Source: an uncultured Chitinophagaceae bacterium
GTDB taxonomy: Bacteria > Bacteroidota > Bacteroidia > Chitinophagales > Chitinophagaceae
Direction: 5' to 3'
Assembly (NCBI GenBank): GCA_963798665.1
Contig: CAWCUN010000019.1
Location: forward strand, 59,324-123,323
DNA: 64,000 nucleotides
Shown here in pieces: positions 28,908 through 39,790 of this stretch. The notes under the pieces are model-generated. The model saw nothing but the letters and a program-made list of their open reading frames with translations. It made no database searches and was not told the DNA's origin. The position numbers were made by a program, and so were the translations under genes. Position 1 is the stretch's first letter. Every line of letters begins with the position of its first letter.

Positions 28908-29613
28908 GTGAAGATTTTTTATTATATAAGGTATTGGTTTTTTATCGGGATTAACTGGAGTTTTCCACTTGCTTTCTTTAGCATTTATCATGAAATAAGA
29001 GGTGAAAGAAAATATAAGATTAATTCAACCCAGTTAGATAGATTGAAAACAATAACCGTAGCTGGTGACAATCTTGAACATGCATCAATTTACCAGGCCT
29101 GCAATTACTACATCCTGGAAAAAGGCTTTGCCTACCTGCAGAGCATAAACGAAAATAAAAACGTTACTGATTTTGGTTGTGGCAAAGGGCGTGCAATGGT
29201 TGTTGCGGCACATTATGGTTTTAGTGAGATTACCGGAATTGATTTCGCAAAAGCATTATGTAATGCTGCAGAACAAAATATCAGGGAAACTGAATCTCTT
29301 TATTCATCGGTAAAATTTGCAATTATCTGCGATGATGTGGTTAATTATAAAATTGTGACAAACACAAAATGTTTTCTTCTTCTTCAATCCATTCGATGAA
29401 GTGGTAATGCTGAAAGTTGTAAAAAATATTCTTTCATCTTTTAAAGAAAATAAAAGAAAAATTTACATCATGTATGCAAACCCGGTTCATAAAGAGATCT
29501 TCATGAGTGCGGGCTTTCAGGAAGAATATTATTTTAAAAAATTACAGTACTTAGAATTGAGTATTTTAACCAAGAGTGCAGAAGAAAGCAGGGAATTATC
29601 TGAAGTTTATTAA
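28908..29613 (+). pseudogene. Class I SAM-dependent methyltransferase, one apparent +1 frameshift near 29370
   Basis: DFGCGKGRA, TGIDFA. Removing one A restores VFFFFNPFDEVVMLKVV, joining the two track ORFs. Confidence 0.8.
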
Positions 29614-29640
29614 AAAAAGGCCCTGAAATTTCAGAGCCAT
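29612..29640 (-). terminator. Intrinsic terminator after htpG
   Basis: GGCCCTGA/TCAGAGCC stem preceded by A7 on the plus strand. Confidence 0.55.
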
Positions 29641-29661
29641 TCAACAAAAATTTTTATATAT

Positions 29662-31515
29662 CTAAGCTTCCAGTATTATTTTACTTTTCTTTTCTCCTCC
29701 CATCATTTCTACACTTCGATTTATAAAGTTAGTAAGCTCGTTCCCTTTTAACAGGCCTTGTGAAAGCAAAGCCAGATCCGCCAAATTTCTAACTTCTTTT
29801 CCCTGTTGCTCTTTATTTTTCTCCTTTAATATTTTTTGATAAACGGGATGATTTCCATTTACCGTAAGAGTAACTTCTTCTGGCATATTTCCATAAAAGC
29901 TTCCCATTCCGCCACCCCCGGCCATTGCCATATCTTTCATTCTTCTCATAAATTCAGGCCTGGTAGCAATTACAGGCAGAGATTCCGATGCCAAACCTTT
30001 TACCTCAACAGTTACATGCAAATCAGGAATTTCAAAATGAAACAGATCTTTTAGTTTCTTTTCTTCATCTTTACTTAACACACTTTCGATTTTTTCATCT
30101 TTGTTAATCAGGTTTTCCGTAATATCAGCATCTACTCTTACAAACTGAACATCGCTCCACTTCATTTCCATATTATTGACAAATGCTGCATCCACTATCG
30201 TTTCAAGTTTTACAACTATATAATTTTTTTGCTTTGCCGCCTGTATAAAACTATTTTGCTGAACGGGATCTGTTGTATATAACATCACCAGTTTTCCCTC
30301 TTTGTTTTTTTGCAAAGTTTCAGCAGCATTTCTGTATTCATCAATTGTATAAAACTTGTTCCCGTCAGCATCTTCGAAGAGATTAAATTTATTTGCCTTC
30401 TCCAAAAACTTATCATCTGTTATCATTCCATATTTTACAAAAAGGCCAAGGCTTTCCCATTTTTCTTCAAAAGATTTACGGTCGGTTTTGAATATTTCCT
30501 CAAGCTTATCTGCCACTTTTTTGGTAATGTAAGAATTTATCTTCTTCACATTTGGATCACCCTGCAAATAACTTCTGCTAACGTTTAATGGAATATCCGG
30601 GCTATCAATTACTCCATGAAGCAACATTAAAAATTCGGGAACAATATCCTTCACTTCATCAGTAACAAAAACCTGGTTGCTGTATAATTGTATTTTATCT
30701 TTCTGTATTTCAAAGCGCTGTTTTATTTTAGGAAAATAGAGTATCCCTGTAAGATTAAAAGGATAGTCTACATTAAGATGTATCCAAAATAATGGTGCTT
30801 CACTAAACGGGTACAATTCTTTATAAAAATCCTGGTAATTCTGCGGTGTAAGATCCGCAGGCTTTTTGGTCCATGCCGGATTGGTATTATTTATTTGTTT
30901 ATCATCAAACTTTATAGGAACAGGCAAAAATTTACAAAATTTTTCGAGCATACTTTGAATGCGCTCCTTCTCCAGAAATTCTGCACTTTCTTCATTAATG
31001 TACAAAACAATATCTGTTCCTCTTGTATCTTTTTCAGTTTCTTCAAGCGTGTATTCCGGGCTTCCGTCACACTCCCATCTTACCGCTTTGGCATCTTCCT
31101 TGTAACTCTTTGTGATGATTTCAACTTTATCACTCACCATAAAAGAAGAATAAAAACCAAGTCCAAAATGGCCAATAATATTAGCTTCATTCTTTCCCTT
31201 ATATTTTTCTAAAAATTCTTCAGCGCTGCTAAACGCAACCTGGTTAATGTATTTATCCACTTCTTCGCCTGTCATCCCAACCCCTTTATCGGAAATGGTT
31301 AAAGTCTTTTTTTCTTTATCAATACTAATGTTGATATCAACATTATCAATATCTCCTTTAGCTTCACCTAATGAAGAAAATGTTCTCAATTTCTGAGTGG
31401 CATCTACTGCATTACTTACCAGCTCACGAATAAAAATTTCATGGTCACTGTAAAGAAACTTTTTAATGATCGGGAAAATGTTCTCCGTTTGAACTCTTAT
31501 ACTTCCTTTTTGCAT
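29662..31515 (-). CDS. htpG: Molecular chaperone HtpG (Hsp90)
   Basis: MQKGSIRVQTENIFPIIKKFLYSDHEIFIRELVSNAVDA, IGHFGLGFYS, LNVSRSYLQ. Start at 31515 preferred over the track's 31590. Confidence 0.96.
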   Translation of the reverse strand: MQKGSIRVQTENIFPIIKKFLYSDHEIFIRELVSNAVDATQKLRTFSSLGEAKGDIDNVDINISIDKEKKTLTISDKGVGMTGEEVDKYINQVAFSSAEEFLEKYKGKNEANIIGHFGLGFYSSFMVSDKVEIITKSYKEDAKAVRWECDGSPEYTLEETEKDTRGTDIVLYINEESAEFLEKERIQSMLEKFCKFLPVPIKFDDKQINNTNPAWTKKPADLTPQNYQDFYKELYPFSEAPLFWIHLNVDYPFNLTGILYFPKIKQRFEIQKDKIQLYSNQVFVTDEVKDIVPEFLMLLHGVIDSPDIPLNVSRSYLQGDPNVKKINSYITKKVADKLEEIFKTDRKSFEEKWESLGLFVKYGMITDDKFLEKANKFNLFEDADGNKFYTIDEYRNAAETLQKNKEGKLVMLYTTDPVQQNSFIQAAKQKNYIVVKLETIVDAAFVNNMEMKWSDVQFVRVDADITENLINKDEKIESVLSKDEEKKLKDLFHFEIPDLHVTVEVKGLASESLPVIATRPEFMRRMKDMAMAGGGGMGSFYGNMPEEVTLTVNGNHPVYQKILKEKNKEQQGKEVRNLADLALLSQGLLKGNELTNFINRSVEMMGGEKKSKIILEA

Positions 31516-31593
31516 GTTGCGATTTTTTGCAAATTCTTTCAAAAAAAATGCCATACTGAATTTGCTGACAACATGGCAAATAAATTGCAATTT

Positions 31594-32307
31594 TTATTCA
31601 GGTTGTACCGACCCGCTTCCTGCCGTATGAATCTCCGGCGATTGCGGATGTCCCTTATAATATACATCGCCGCTACCAAAAGAGCTGGCTGATAAATGTA
31701 CACTTGCAAATACATGTGCGTTGCCACTTCCTGTAACCCGTACTGTTGTATTTTCACTTTCCAATCCGCCGCAGTTTAGATCGCCGCTGCCCGTGGCACT
31801 ACATGTAAAATCCTTTGTACGGCCGCTTAAGTTTATATTGCCCGATCCGCTAACAGACGCATCTACCTGAGGCGCATCTACCTCTGCTTTCAAATCGCCG
31901 GAACCTGAAACGTGGATTTTTATTTGCCTGGAATTTTTAATAATATCCTGCGATGTGATATTTGCCGAGCCGGAAATTACCAACTCATCTAAGGTTGGAG
32001 CGGTTACATATACTTTTGCATGATCATTATGGATTGAATATCCATGTTGATAATAAATATTTAATGTTCCTTGTTTTACTTCGGTAACCACGTGTTGTAA
32101 AAGATTATCATCGTTTTCAACAGCTACAGAAAATTCGTTGCCATTGTTAATTTCTACATCAATAGAACCTGAAGTTTTCACCCCATCGAAATTACCTGTA
32201 TTTCTTTTTTCCGTGCGAATATTACCATTTCCTGTTACACCTGTTCCATTTATTCCATCACAGGAGATAATTAATAATGAAGCAGCAATCAATATTGAAA
32301 TTTTCAT
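31594..32307 (-). CDS. DUF2807 / head-GIN domain lipoprotein (autotransporter-adhesin-like beta-solenoid)
   Basis: Lipobox LIISC; repeated SGSG[DN]I motifs. Start MKISILIAAS at 32307. Confidence 0.85.
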   Translation of the reverse strand: MKISILIAASLLIISCDGINGTGVTGNGNIRTEKRNTGNFDGVKTSGSIDVEINNGNEFSVAVENDDNLLQHVVTEVKQGTLNIYYQHGYSIHNDHAKVYVTAPTLDELVISGSANITSQDIIKNSRQIKIHVSGSGDLKAEVDAPQVDASVSGSGNINLSGRTKDFTCSATGSGDLNCGGLESENTTVRVTGSGNAHVFASVHLSASSFGSGDVYYKGHPQSPEIHTAGSGSVQPE

Positions 32308-32376
32308 TGTAATAATTTTTATGATTATCACCTGGCAAGATACAAACTTCAATAAACTTTTTAACTTCGCAGGCAA

Positions 32377-33909
32377 ATGACAGAAAAAATTCTGATCCTC
32401 GATTTCGGCTCACAATACACACAACTAATTGCCAGGGCCGTTCGGGAAGCAAACGTCTACTGCGAAATCATTCCCTTTAATAAAGACATCCCCTTTTCAT
32501 CTTCCCTTAAAGGAGTAATACTTTCAGGCTCGCCTTTTTCAGTAAATGAAGAAAACGCCCCCCTTATTGACGTGAAGTCTATTGCAGAAAAAGTGCCTGT
32601 GTTGGGGATTTGTTATGGCGCCCAGCTCACAGCTAAATTGTATTGCGGAATTGTGGAAAAGAGTGACAAGCGTGAATATGGCAGAGCCAAACTCCAGGTT
32701 AAGGACTACAATGAACTTTTACAGGACGTAAAAAGTGATTCTGATGTTTGGATGAGCCACAGTGATACGATTGTAAAGCTTCCTGAAAATTTTTCTCTAT
32801 CTGCAATTACGAATAGCATACCAGTCGCTGCATTTAAATATGAAAGTGAAACCGTCAAATTATTTGGATTACAGTTTCATCCTGAAGTCTACCATTCTGC
32901 CGAAGGCAAAAAAATAATAAAAAATTTTTTAGTAAATATATGCGGATGCACACAGGACTGGACTCCTGCGCACTTTGTTAATGATACCGTTGAGGTAATA
33001 AAAAATATCGTTGGTGATAAAAAAGTAATTATGGCATTGAGTGGTGGTGTGGATTCCACGGTTGCAGCAACTCTTATATATAAAGCAATCGGCAAAAATC
33101 TTTTTGGAATTTTTGTGGACAATGGCGTGCTAAGAAAAGATGAATTTCAACAAGTGCTTGATTCATGTAAAAGCATAGGGCTAAACATAAAAGGAGTAGA
33201 CGCAAAAGATCATTTTTACACAAAGCTGGCGGGTAAAGTAAGTCCTGAAGAGAAAAGAAAAATCATAGGCAAATGTTTTATTGAAATTTTTGATGATGAG
33301 GCACATAAAATTGAGGGAATAGAATTCCTGGCACAGGGCACCATTTATCCTGATGTTATTGAATCAGTTTCGGTACACGGTCCGTCGGTTACAATTAAAT
33401 CTCATCATAATGTGGGAGGTTTACCCGACTATATGAAATTAAAACTTGTAGAGCCGCTTCGTTCATTATTTAAAGATGAGGTAAGAAAAGTTGGGATGGA
33501 ACTTGGGCTTCCTGCATCACTTTTAAATCGTCATCCTTTTCCCGGCCCTGGTCTCGCAATTAGAATTTTAGGAGAAGTAACCGAAGAAAAGGTACAATTG
33601 TTGCAACAGGCTGACGCGATTTATATTAAGGCTTTATTAAAATATGACTTATATGCAACTGTTTGGCAGGCGGGCGCTATCTTGCTTCCTGTAAAGAGTG
33701 TGGGTGTAATGGGTGATGAGAGAACTTACGAGTTCACAGTAGCATTAAGGGCGGTAACTTCTGTAGATGGCATGACTGCAGATTGGGCTCATCTGCCTTA
33801 TGATTTTTTAGCTTATGTATCTAACGAAATTATTAATAATGTAAAGGGAATTAACAGGGTTGTGTATGATATAAGCAGCAAACCTCCCGCAACAATTGAA
33901 TGGGAATAA
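32377..33909 (+). CDS. guaA: GMP synthase (glutamine-hydrolysing)
   Basis: [60 protein letters not shown]. Confidence 0.98.
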   Translation: MTEKILILDFGSQYTQLIARAVREANVYCEIIPFNKDIPFSSSLKGVILSGSPFSVNEENAPLIDVKSIAEKVPVLGICYGAQLTAKLYCGIVEKSDKREYGRAKLQVKDYNELLQDVKSDSDVWMSHSDTIVKLPENFSLSAITNSIPVAAFKYESETVKLFGLQFHPEVYHSAEGKKIIKNFLVNICGCTQDWTPAHFVNDTVEVIKNIVGDKKVIMALSGGVDSTVAATLIYKAIGKNLFGIFVDNGVLRKDEFQQVLDSCKSIGLNIKGVDAKDHFYTKLAGKVSPEEKRKIIGKCFIEIFDDEAHKIEGIEFLAQGTIYPDVIESVSVHGPSVTIKSHHNVGGLPDYMKLKLVEPLRSLFKDEVRKVGMELGLPASLLNRHPFPGPGLAIRILGEVTEEKVQLLQQADAIYIKALLKYDLYATVWQAGAILLPVKSVGVMGDERTYEFTVALRAVTSVDGMTADWAHLPYDFLAYVSNEIINNVKGINRVVYDISSKPPATIEWE

Positions 33910-33990
33910 TATTGAGTACTGATTGTTGACAGGGGCGTAGTAATCTAATTTCTGGTTAAGGTTCTTAATAAACGTTATCTGATCTCTTAT

Positions 33991-35169
33991 ATGAAAAAAA
34001 ATATCCGGCTTCTACTTTTTATTTTGTTTTTTTCAACAACGCAATTATTTGCTCAAAACAGTATTACCCCCGATAAAACTTATAGAATTGCAATTTTCAC
34101 ACCTATGTATCTTGATTCAATTTTTTCAAATACAACATTCGCAACAGAAAAATCAATTCCAAAATTTGTAATGCCTGCCGTAGAGTTTGCACAGGGCGCT
34201 CACATTGCATTGGATACCTTATCACTTAATGGCAAACATGCCGAAGCATATATTTACGATTCCAGGTCTTTTACCCAACCCATATCGTGGTTAATAAAAT
34301 ATAACAGGCTGGATAACATTGACCTGATTATTGGTTCAGTAAAAGACCCCGACTATCATGAACTTGCGGATTTTGCGTTACAAAAAAATATTCCTTTTAT
34401 ATCCGCCACTTATCCCAACGACGGAGGAATTATTGCTAACCCATCTGTAATAATTGCCAATTCAACACTAAAGGCTAATTGCGAAGGGATTTTTAGTTAT
34501 CTCGTTCAGAAACATGGCACAGATAAAATTTATTTAATAAAACGAAAAGGTGATGACAGAATTGAAAACTATTTCAGAAGCATAAACACATCGGAGGGAA
34601 AGCCGTTATTAAACATAAGAACAATAATGGTTGATAGTACGATATCTACCTATAGCTTATGGAACAGGATAGATACAACAAGCCCTACTGTTATCATCGG
34701 CGCCAGTCTCGAAGAAAGTTTTGCAAAAAGTCTGGCAGATGCATGCTATCCGATTCAAAAAAAACATTCCCTCATTTTGATGGGAATGCCCAACTGGGAT
34801 GGCTTTAGAAGCTTTTACAAAAAAGACGCTTACAAGGATTTTCCTATTTTATATACAACGCCCCATTACGATGAAGAAAGAAATTATTTCGATAGTTTAT
34901 TAACACAAAAATATTTTCAGTTGTACCGTGCAAAGCCTTCAGACATGGCCTATAAAGGATTTGAAATGACCTACTACTTCACCAGTGTTCTCCTTAACTA
35001 TCCTTACGATTTCATGTCGCACATAAATGACAGTGCTTTTGCTGTTTTTCACAATTTTAACTTCAGGCCTGTTTTTATTGATAAAAAAAATGAAACCCCG
35101 GACTATTTTGAAAATAAGCATCTTTTTATAATGCAGATTTTAAATGGCGAGATTTTAAGGACCTGGTAA
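33991..35169 (+). CDS. Periplasmic-binding-protein type 1 fold protein (guaA-linked, no LysM domains)
   Basis: Signal peptide; RIAIFTPMYLD, IDLIIGS, IPFISAT, AYKGFEMTYYF. A similar gene usually follows guaA in Bacteroidota. Confidence 0.65.
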   Translation: MKKNIRLLLFILFFSTTQLFAQNSITPDKTYRIAIFTPMYLDSIFSNTTFATEKSIPKFVMPAVEFAQGAHIALDTLSLNGKHAEAYIYDSRSFTQPISWLIKYNRLDNIDLIIGSVKDPDYHELADFALQKNIPFISATYPNDGGIIANPSVIIANSTLKANCEGIFSYLVQKHGTDKIYLIKRKGDDRIENYFRSINTSEGKPLLNIRTIMVDSTISTYSLWNRIDTTSPTVIIGASLEESFAKSLADACYPIQKKHSLILMGMPNWDGFRSFYKKDAYKDFPILYTTPHYDEERNYFDSLLTQKYFQLYRAKPSDMAYKGFEMTYYFTSVLLNYPYDFMSHINDSAFAVFHNFNFRPVFIDKKNETPDYFENKHLFIMQILNGEILRTW

Positions 35170-35253
35170 ATTGAAAAAGCTTTTTTCTGCAATTCCTATT
35201 TAATTTAGATTTATACTTACAGCAATTGTTATTATTAATCGTTTCCAAAAATT

Positions 35254-35832
35254 ATGAGGACAAACAGGTTAGAAGCATTTAGCGATGGGGTACTCGCTAT
35301 CATTATTACCATTATGGTTTTGGAAATGAAGGTTCCACATGGAAGTGATTTGAATTCTCTTAAGCCCGTTTTACCAGCATTTTTAAGTTATATACTAAGC
35401 TTTATTTACATAGGAATTTACTGGAACAATCATCATCACATGTTGTCAACTGTTCAGCATGTAAATGGAAAAATATTATGGGCCAATAGCCATCTTCTTT
35501 TTTGGCTGTCTCTCGTTCCCTTTGCATCAGGCTGGATGGGAGAAAATAATTTCGTAAAATGGCCGATAGCAGTTTATGGAATAGTACTGCTGATGGCCGG
35601 TGTAGCTTATTACATTTTGGCACAGGCACTTGTTAAACTTCATGGAAAAAACTCAACACTCGGAAGGGCTTTGGGTAAAGATCAAAAAGGAATAATTTCT
35701 ATAGTCATCTATATTGTTGCAATCCCCTTTTCATTTGTAAACTCCTGGATTAGCTTAATCTTGTATGCAATTGTTGCAGCTATATGGATCATTCCTGACA
35801 GAAGAATTGAGAAAAGAGTTATGGAAGAATAG
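35254..35832 (+). CDS. TMEM175-family (DUF1211) potassium channel
   Basis: RLEAFSDGVLAIIITIMVLE signature; YWNNHH; multiple TM helices. Confidence 0.92.
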   Translation: MRTNRLEAFSDGVLAIIITIMVLEMKVPHGSDLNSLKPVLPAFLSYILSFIYIGIYWNNHHHMLSTVQHVNGKILWANSHLLFWLSLVPFASGWMGENNFVKWPIAVYGIVLLMAGVAYYILAQALVKLHGKNSTLGRALGKDQKGIISIVIYIVAIPFSFVNSWISLILYAIVAAIWIIPDRRIEKRVMEE

Positions 35833-35960
35833 CGAATCTATTTTTCAACCCTTATGCCCTCATCATTCAAAAAAAGACTTACCAGGTTATTCTCATTTTA
35901 AAAAATATTAATTTTAAATAAACTCATTTAAATCTATTGTTTTATTTTAAATAATTTATC

Positions 35961-36854
35961 ATGCAACGCCGTTCATTTTTACAAAATTCTGCATTTGCTT
36001 TTGGAGCATTAACTATCAATAATAAAAATTTTCTAAAAATGTTTGCAGAAGATCCCTGGAAGATAACTATGCTTACTGATAATATCGGAATATTCACTGA
36101 AAAGGGCGGCACGATAGCATTCCATTTTTCAAAAGATGGCATTACAGTAATTGATGCACAGTTTCCCGATACAGCGCCCCATCTCATTGCCGAGCTAAAA
36201 AAGAGAAATGATCAGCCGTTTAGGGTATTGATAAATACGCACCATCACGGCGATCATACATCCGGTAATATTGCATTTAAAGATATTGTAACGAGAGTGC
36301 TGGCGCATGAAAATTCTAAAACCAATCAAATGAACGTGGCGGTTAAAAATAAAACCGAAGACAAGCAACTGTATCCTAACAATGTTTTCGGAACTGTATG
36401 GGAGGAAAAAGCAGGCAATGAAAAAATTGCCTTACATTATTTTGGTGCAGGGCACACTAACGGTGACGCAATGATACACCTACAACATGCAAATATTGTT
36501 CATATGGGAGACCTGATTTTTAATCGCAGGCATCCATTCGTTGATCGTAGCGCCGGCGCTAATATGCAAAGCTGGATAAATGTTTTAGATAGTGCTATGA
36601 AAAAATTCAATAACAAAACTAAATATGTTTTCGGGCATGCGGGGGAAGGTTATGATGTTACCGGTTCAAAAGAAGATCTTATTGCCTTTCGCGATTATCT
36701 GGGAAATGTGTTGAAATTTACCGCAGATGGAATTAAATCCGGAAAAACTGAAGAAGAAATATTAAAGGCCACAGAAATACCGGGGTCTCCCGAATGGAAA
36801 GGCGATGGAATACAAAGACCCTTGCAGGCGGCTTTTGAAGAATTAAGTGCTTGA
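35961..36854 (+). CDS. Metallo-beta-lactamase-fold hydrolase with twin-arginine-like signal
   Basis: MQRRSFLQ leader; THHHGDHTSGN (HxHxDH), GHTNGD, GDL, GH motifs. Confidence 0.88.
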   Translation: MQRRSFLQNSAFAFGALTINNKNFLKMFAEDPWKITMLTDNIGIFTEKGGTIAFHFSKDGITVIDAQFPDTAPHLIAELKKRNDQPFRVLINTHHHGDHTSGNIAFKDIVTRVLAHENSKTNQMNVAVKNKTEDKQLYPNNVFGTVWEEKAGNEKIALHYFGAGHTNGDAMIHLQHANIVHMGDLIFNRRHPFVDRSAGANMQSWINVLDSAMKKFNNKTKYVFGHAGEGYDVTGSKEDLIAFRDYLGNVLKFTADGIKSGKTEEEILKATEIPGSPEWKGDGIQRPLQAAFEELSA

Positions 36855-36911
36855 TCACATCCGTCATATCTTGCCTCATTATATTGGGTATCGTATTTTA
36901 AACAGTAACTC

Positions 36912-36948
36912 AAAAAAAAGGGACTTGCAATGTAGCAAGTCCCTTTTT
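36912..36948. terminator. Bidirectional intrinsic terminator
   Basis: AAAAAGGGACTTGC/GCAAGTCCCTTTTT 14-bp inverted repeat between convergent genes. Confidence 0.85.
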
Positions 36949-36964
36949 AAATTAATGCTTCAAT

Positions 36965-39790
36965 TTACTTTACCAGTTGAATTACCGATGAAGTATTATT
37001 TTGAATCACCTTAACAAAATAACTTCCACTTCTGAAGTTTGAGGTGTTTATTGTTACCTCATAACTTCCACTGCTCTTTGTGCTGCTTTTAGTAAATATT
37101 GTTTTACCGGCGGCATCCATTATTATTAACTTATAGTCACCTGCATCCCCGGTTATATTTACAGTGATATAATTACTAAATGGATTTGGATAAGCTTTTA
37201 CTCCAACCTGTGGCGTTGATATTTTCGCTTGGTTCCCGGTTGAATTAGATATTTTGGGTTGGTTCGTTGATGAATTATTCATCAAAGTTTTATTAAAATT
37301 GCTATCCGGTTCCTGGAGGCTTATTCTATAGAGCAAGGAATCTGGTATAGCTTGTTTGGAAATATCTGGACCAGCATAACTCACATTCAAAACACTCTCG
37401 CCAAATAGTTGAGAATATCCAACCGCTATTGCATGTTTACCTGCCTTTAAGCCAATGGTACCTGATTGCTCGCCGGCAGAATGATATCCGTCATTATTTA
37501 CTACAAGTATGCTATCAATATATAACAGACTTCCATCGTCCGAGGTTGTATAGAACGTATATTGCCCATCGGAAGGCACGTCGATAAATCCGGTAAAATT
37601 GAATGAAAACATCATTGTCCTGTTAGCAGGTGAAATATTGAAATTACTTACAGTCCCTGTTTTTACGGTATCTAAATCCGAAAGGTCTGGAACGGATCCC
37701 CACTTAAATCCTGTTTCATAATATGCATAATCCAATCCGTTAACTGTATTAGAAGGATAGACTGCAGGTAGCAAACTGCCGGAGGAATCTTCTACTGTTA
37801 CCTGCATTACATCGGTTGCTGTGGCTCCATCATTATCTGTAACTGTCAATTGAAACTGGTATACTCCCTGCACCAATCCGGTTACATCTGTAACTGCAGA
37901 AGATGTATCTGCAATAGCATAAGATGATGGCCCTGATATTTTTGTCCACGCATAGGAGGATATAGTTCCGTCTGCATCACTCCCAGCTACCCGAAAGACT
38001 CACTGTGGATGTTGGTAAGGTAATGGTTTTATTACTGCCTGCATCTGCTGTAGGAGCCTGGTTTAGTGGCCATTTACCGTTACCTGCATTACATCCTTGC
38101 CTGTTGCTCCATCATTATCAGTTACTGTTAATTCAAACTTGTATACTCCCTGCACCAATCCTGTTACATTGTTGTAACGGCGGAAGATGATCGGCAATAG
38201 ATAATGCTGATGGACCTGATATCTTTGTCCAGTATAGGAGGAATCGTTCCATCTGCATCACTCCCACTGCCTGAAAGGCTCACTATAATGTTGGTAAGGT
38301 TATTGTTTTATTACTGCCTGCATTGCTGCAGGCGCCTGGTTTAACAGCCATTTACGGTAATATTCACTGTATCCTTGCTGTTGCTCCATTATTATCGGTT
38401 ACTTTTAATTCAAACTGATATATTCCCTGCACCAGTCCGGTAACTGTTGTAACGGCTGAATTCGCATTCGTTATGATACCTGCTGAAGGGCCCTGATATC
38501 TTTGTCCAGTTATATGATGCAATACGTTCCATCCGGATCACTTCCACTGCCCGAAAGGGTTACTATAATTGTTGGTAGTGTAATTGCCTGGTCAGGTCCT
38601 GCATTGGCTGTAGGTGGCAAATTGATTAGTAACACCTGTTAGTTGGTAAACCTTTAAACTCTTCAGTAACCATAGAAAACACTCTCCCTCTTGTATGATT
38701 ATTAACATTACAGAAATAATTACTCCAAAATCATACATTGTTGCAAACTTGATATAATCCTGCTGAAGTGTTGCAACCCTACCTTACCTGTATTTCTATA
38801 ATATTTTTGCACCCCATCAATCTCAACCTTAATAAAAGCATCCTGACCTGCATATCCTGCTCCTTCTCTTATAGTTAACCGCATAGTATGCGCCTGATTA
38901 TACCATAGCTGATAACGGATAATAATGTTAACATGGGCATTCTGAACCATTGCTTAGCAGCTGTCCGTTGACCTTCATAACATTTGAAGTTGTCTGTAAA
39001 GTATAGTCCATTACATACCAGAATGCTAATGGAGGCGAATAAATCATCATTACCATGATATTTGCCATATTATAACTACTATTACCTGATAGTACCAGAT
39101 GAGCTAAATCCTGTGCAAAATATCCTTTCCATTCAAAACATAAGTCTTATTGGTATCAAGAGCATTAGCCACTGACTGTACTCCTAATTGAAGCTCAACT
39201 CTGTTATATCCATCAGCGGCGGCTACTCCATCCATTATAATTGAATAAAATTTACCCCTGCAACTGTCTATCATAGCACCACTGGTAGTATTACGATATA
39301 TAAAATAAGTATTAGAGCCATCATTCAGACTGTGAATAAGTGGTATTACTCACAGGAAAATATGTAACCGTATCTGTTCTCTTATTTACAACTTATGCCA
39401 TATTGACTTAAAGTTAGGGCTGTAAAGAAGTGTAGCACCGGCAGGAGGAACATCATAGTCAACACTTACAACAACTGTATCTCTTTTTGTAGTTGCTCCT
39501 GTTGTAACTGCTATTTGATAATACCAAATCCCTTGTATTAACCCTGTAACAGTTGTTGTTGCAGAAGTAGGTGAAGTTATCGTAGCCGGGTCAGTCGGAT
39601 AACCTGCTTGCCGCGGCTGTACATCATAAATCTTTGCTCCATAAATAGGAACTTCCTGAACTGCCACTGCCATTAAGGTAACGCTTGATGTTTGTGTGAG
39701 ATAGATAGTTTGGTCTGCGCCCGCATTAGCAGTTTGCGCATGTGTTTTTACAAAACAAAGGATAAAGATAATCGTTAACAGTTTTTTCAT
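36965..39790 (-). pseudogene. Large T9SS-secreted protein (signal peptide, PKD-like domain, polysaccharide-lyase-like jelly roll, 3 PKD-like repeats, PA14, T9SS CTD) fragmented by many indels
   Basis: Fragments read across frames: ANAGADQTI; DGYNRVELQL...EWKGYF...SPPLAFW...IKVEIDGVQKYY; three AG(P/S)(D/N)xxITLPT...SDxDGTI...WTKISGPS...GLVQGxYxF...VTDNxGAT repeats; PA14 FNFTGFIDVPSDGQYTFYTTSDDGS; CTD KAYPNPFSN...GSYFVKV. Confidence 0.8.
37795..38620 (-). repeat. Three tandem PKD-like repeats of about 270-280 bp
   Basis: Recurrent nucleotide blocks such as TACTCCCTGCACCAATCC and CCATCATTATC at about 270-bp spacing. Coordinates approximate. Confidence 0.75.

Noticed and set aside
31516-31590. 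N-terminal extensions of HtpG (and of proline dehydrogenase and DUF2807) in the ORF track
   Set aside because: These come from picking the most upstream start; conserved N-termini begin at downstream ATGs.
35961-36854. Metallo-beta-lactamase resistance gene
   Set aside because: The HxHxDH fold is shared by many hydrolases, and I see no specific B1/B3 signature or mobile context.
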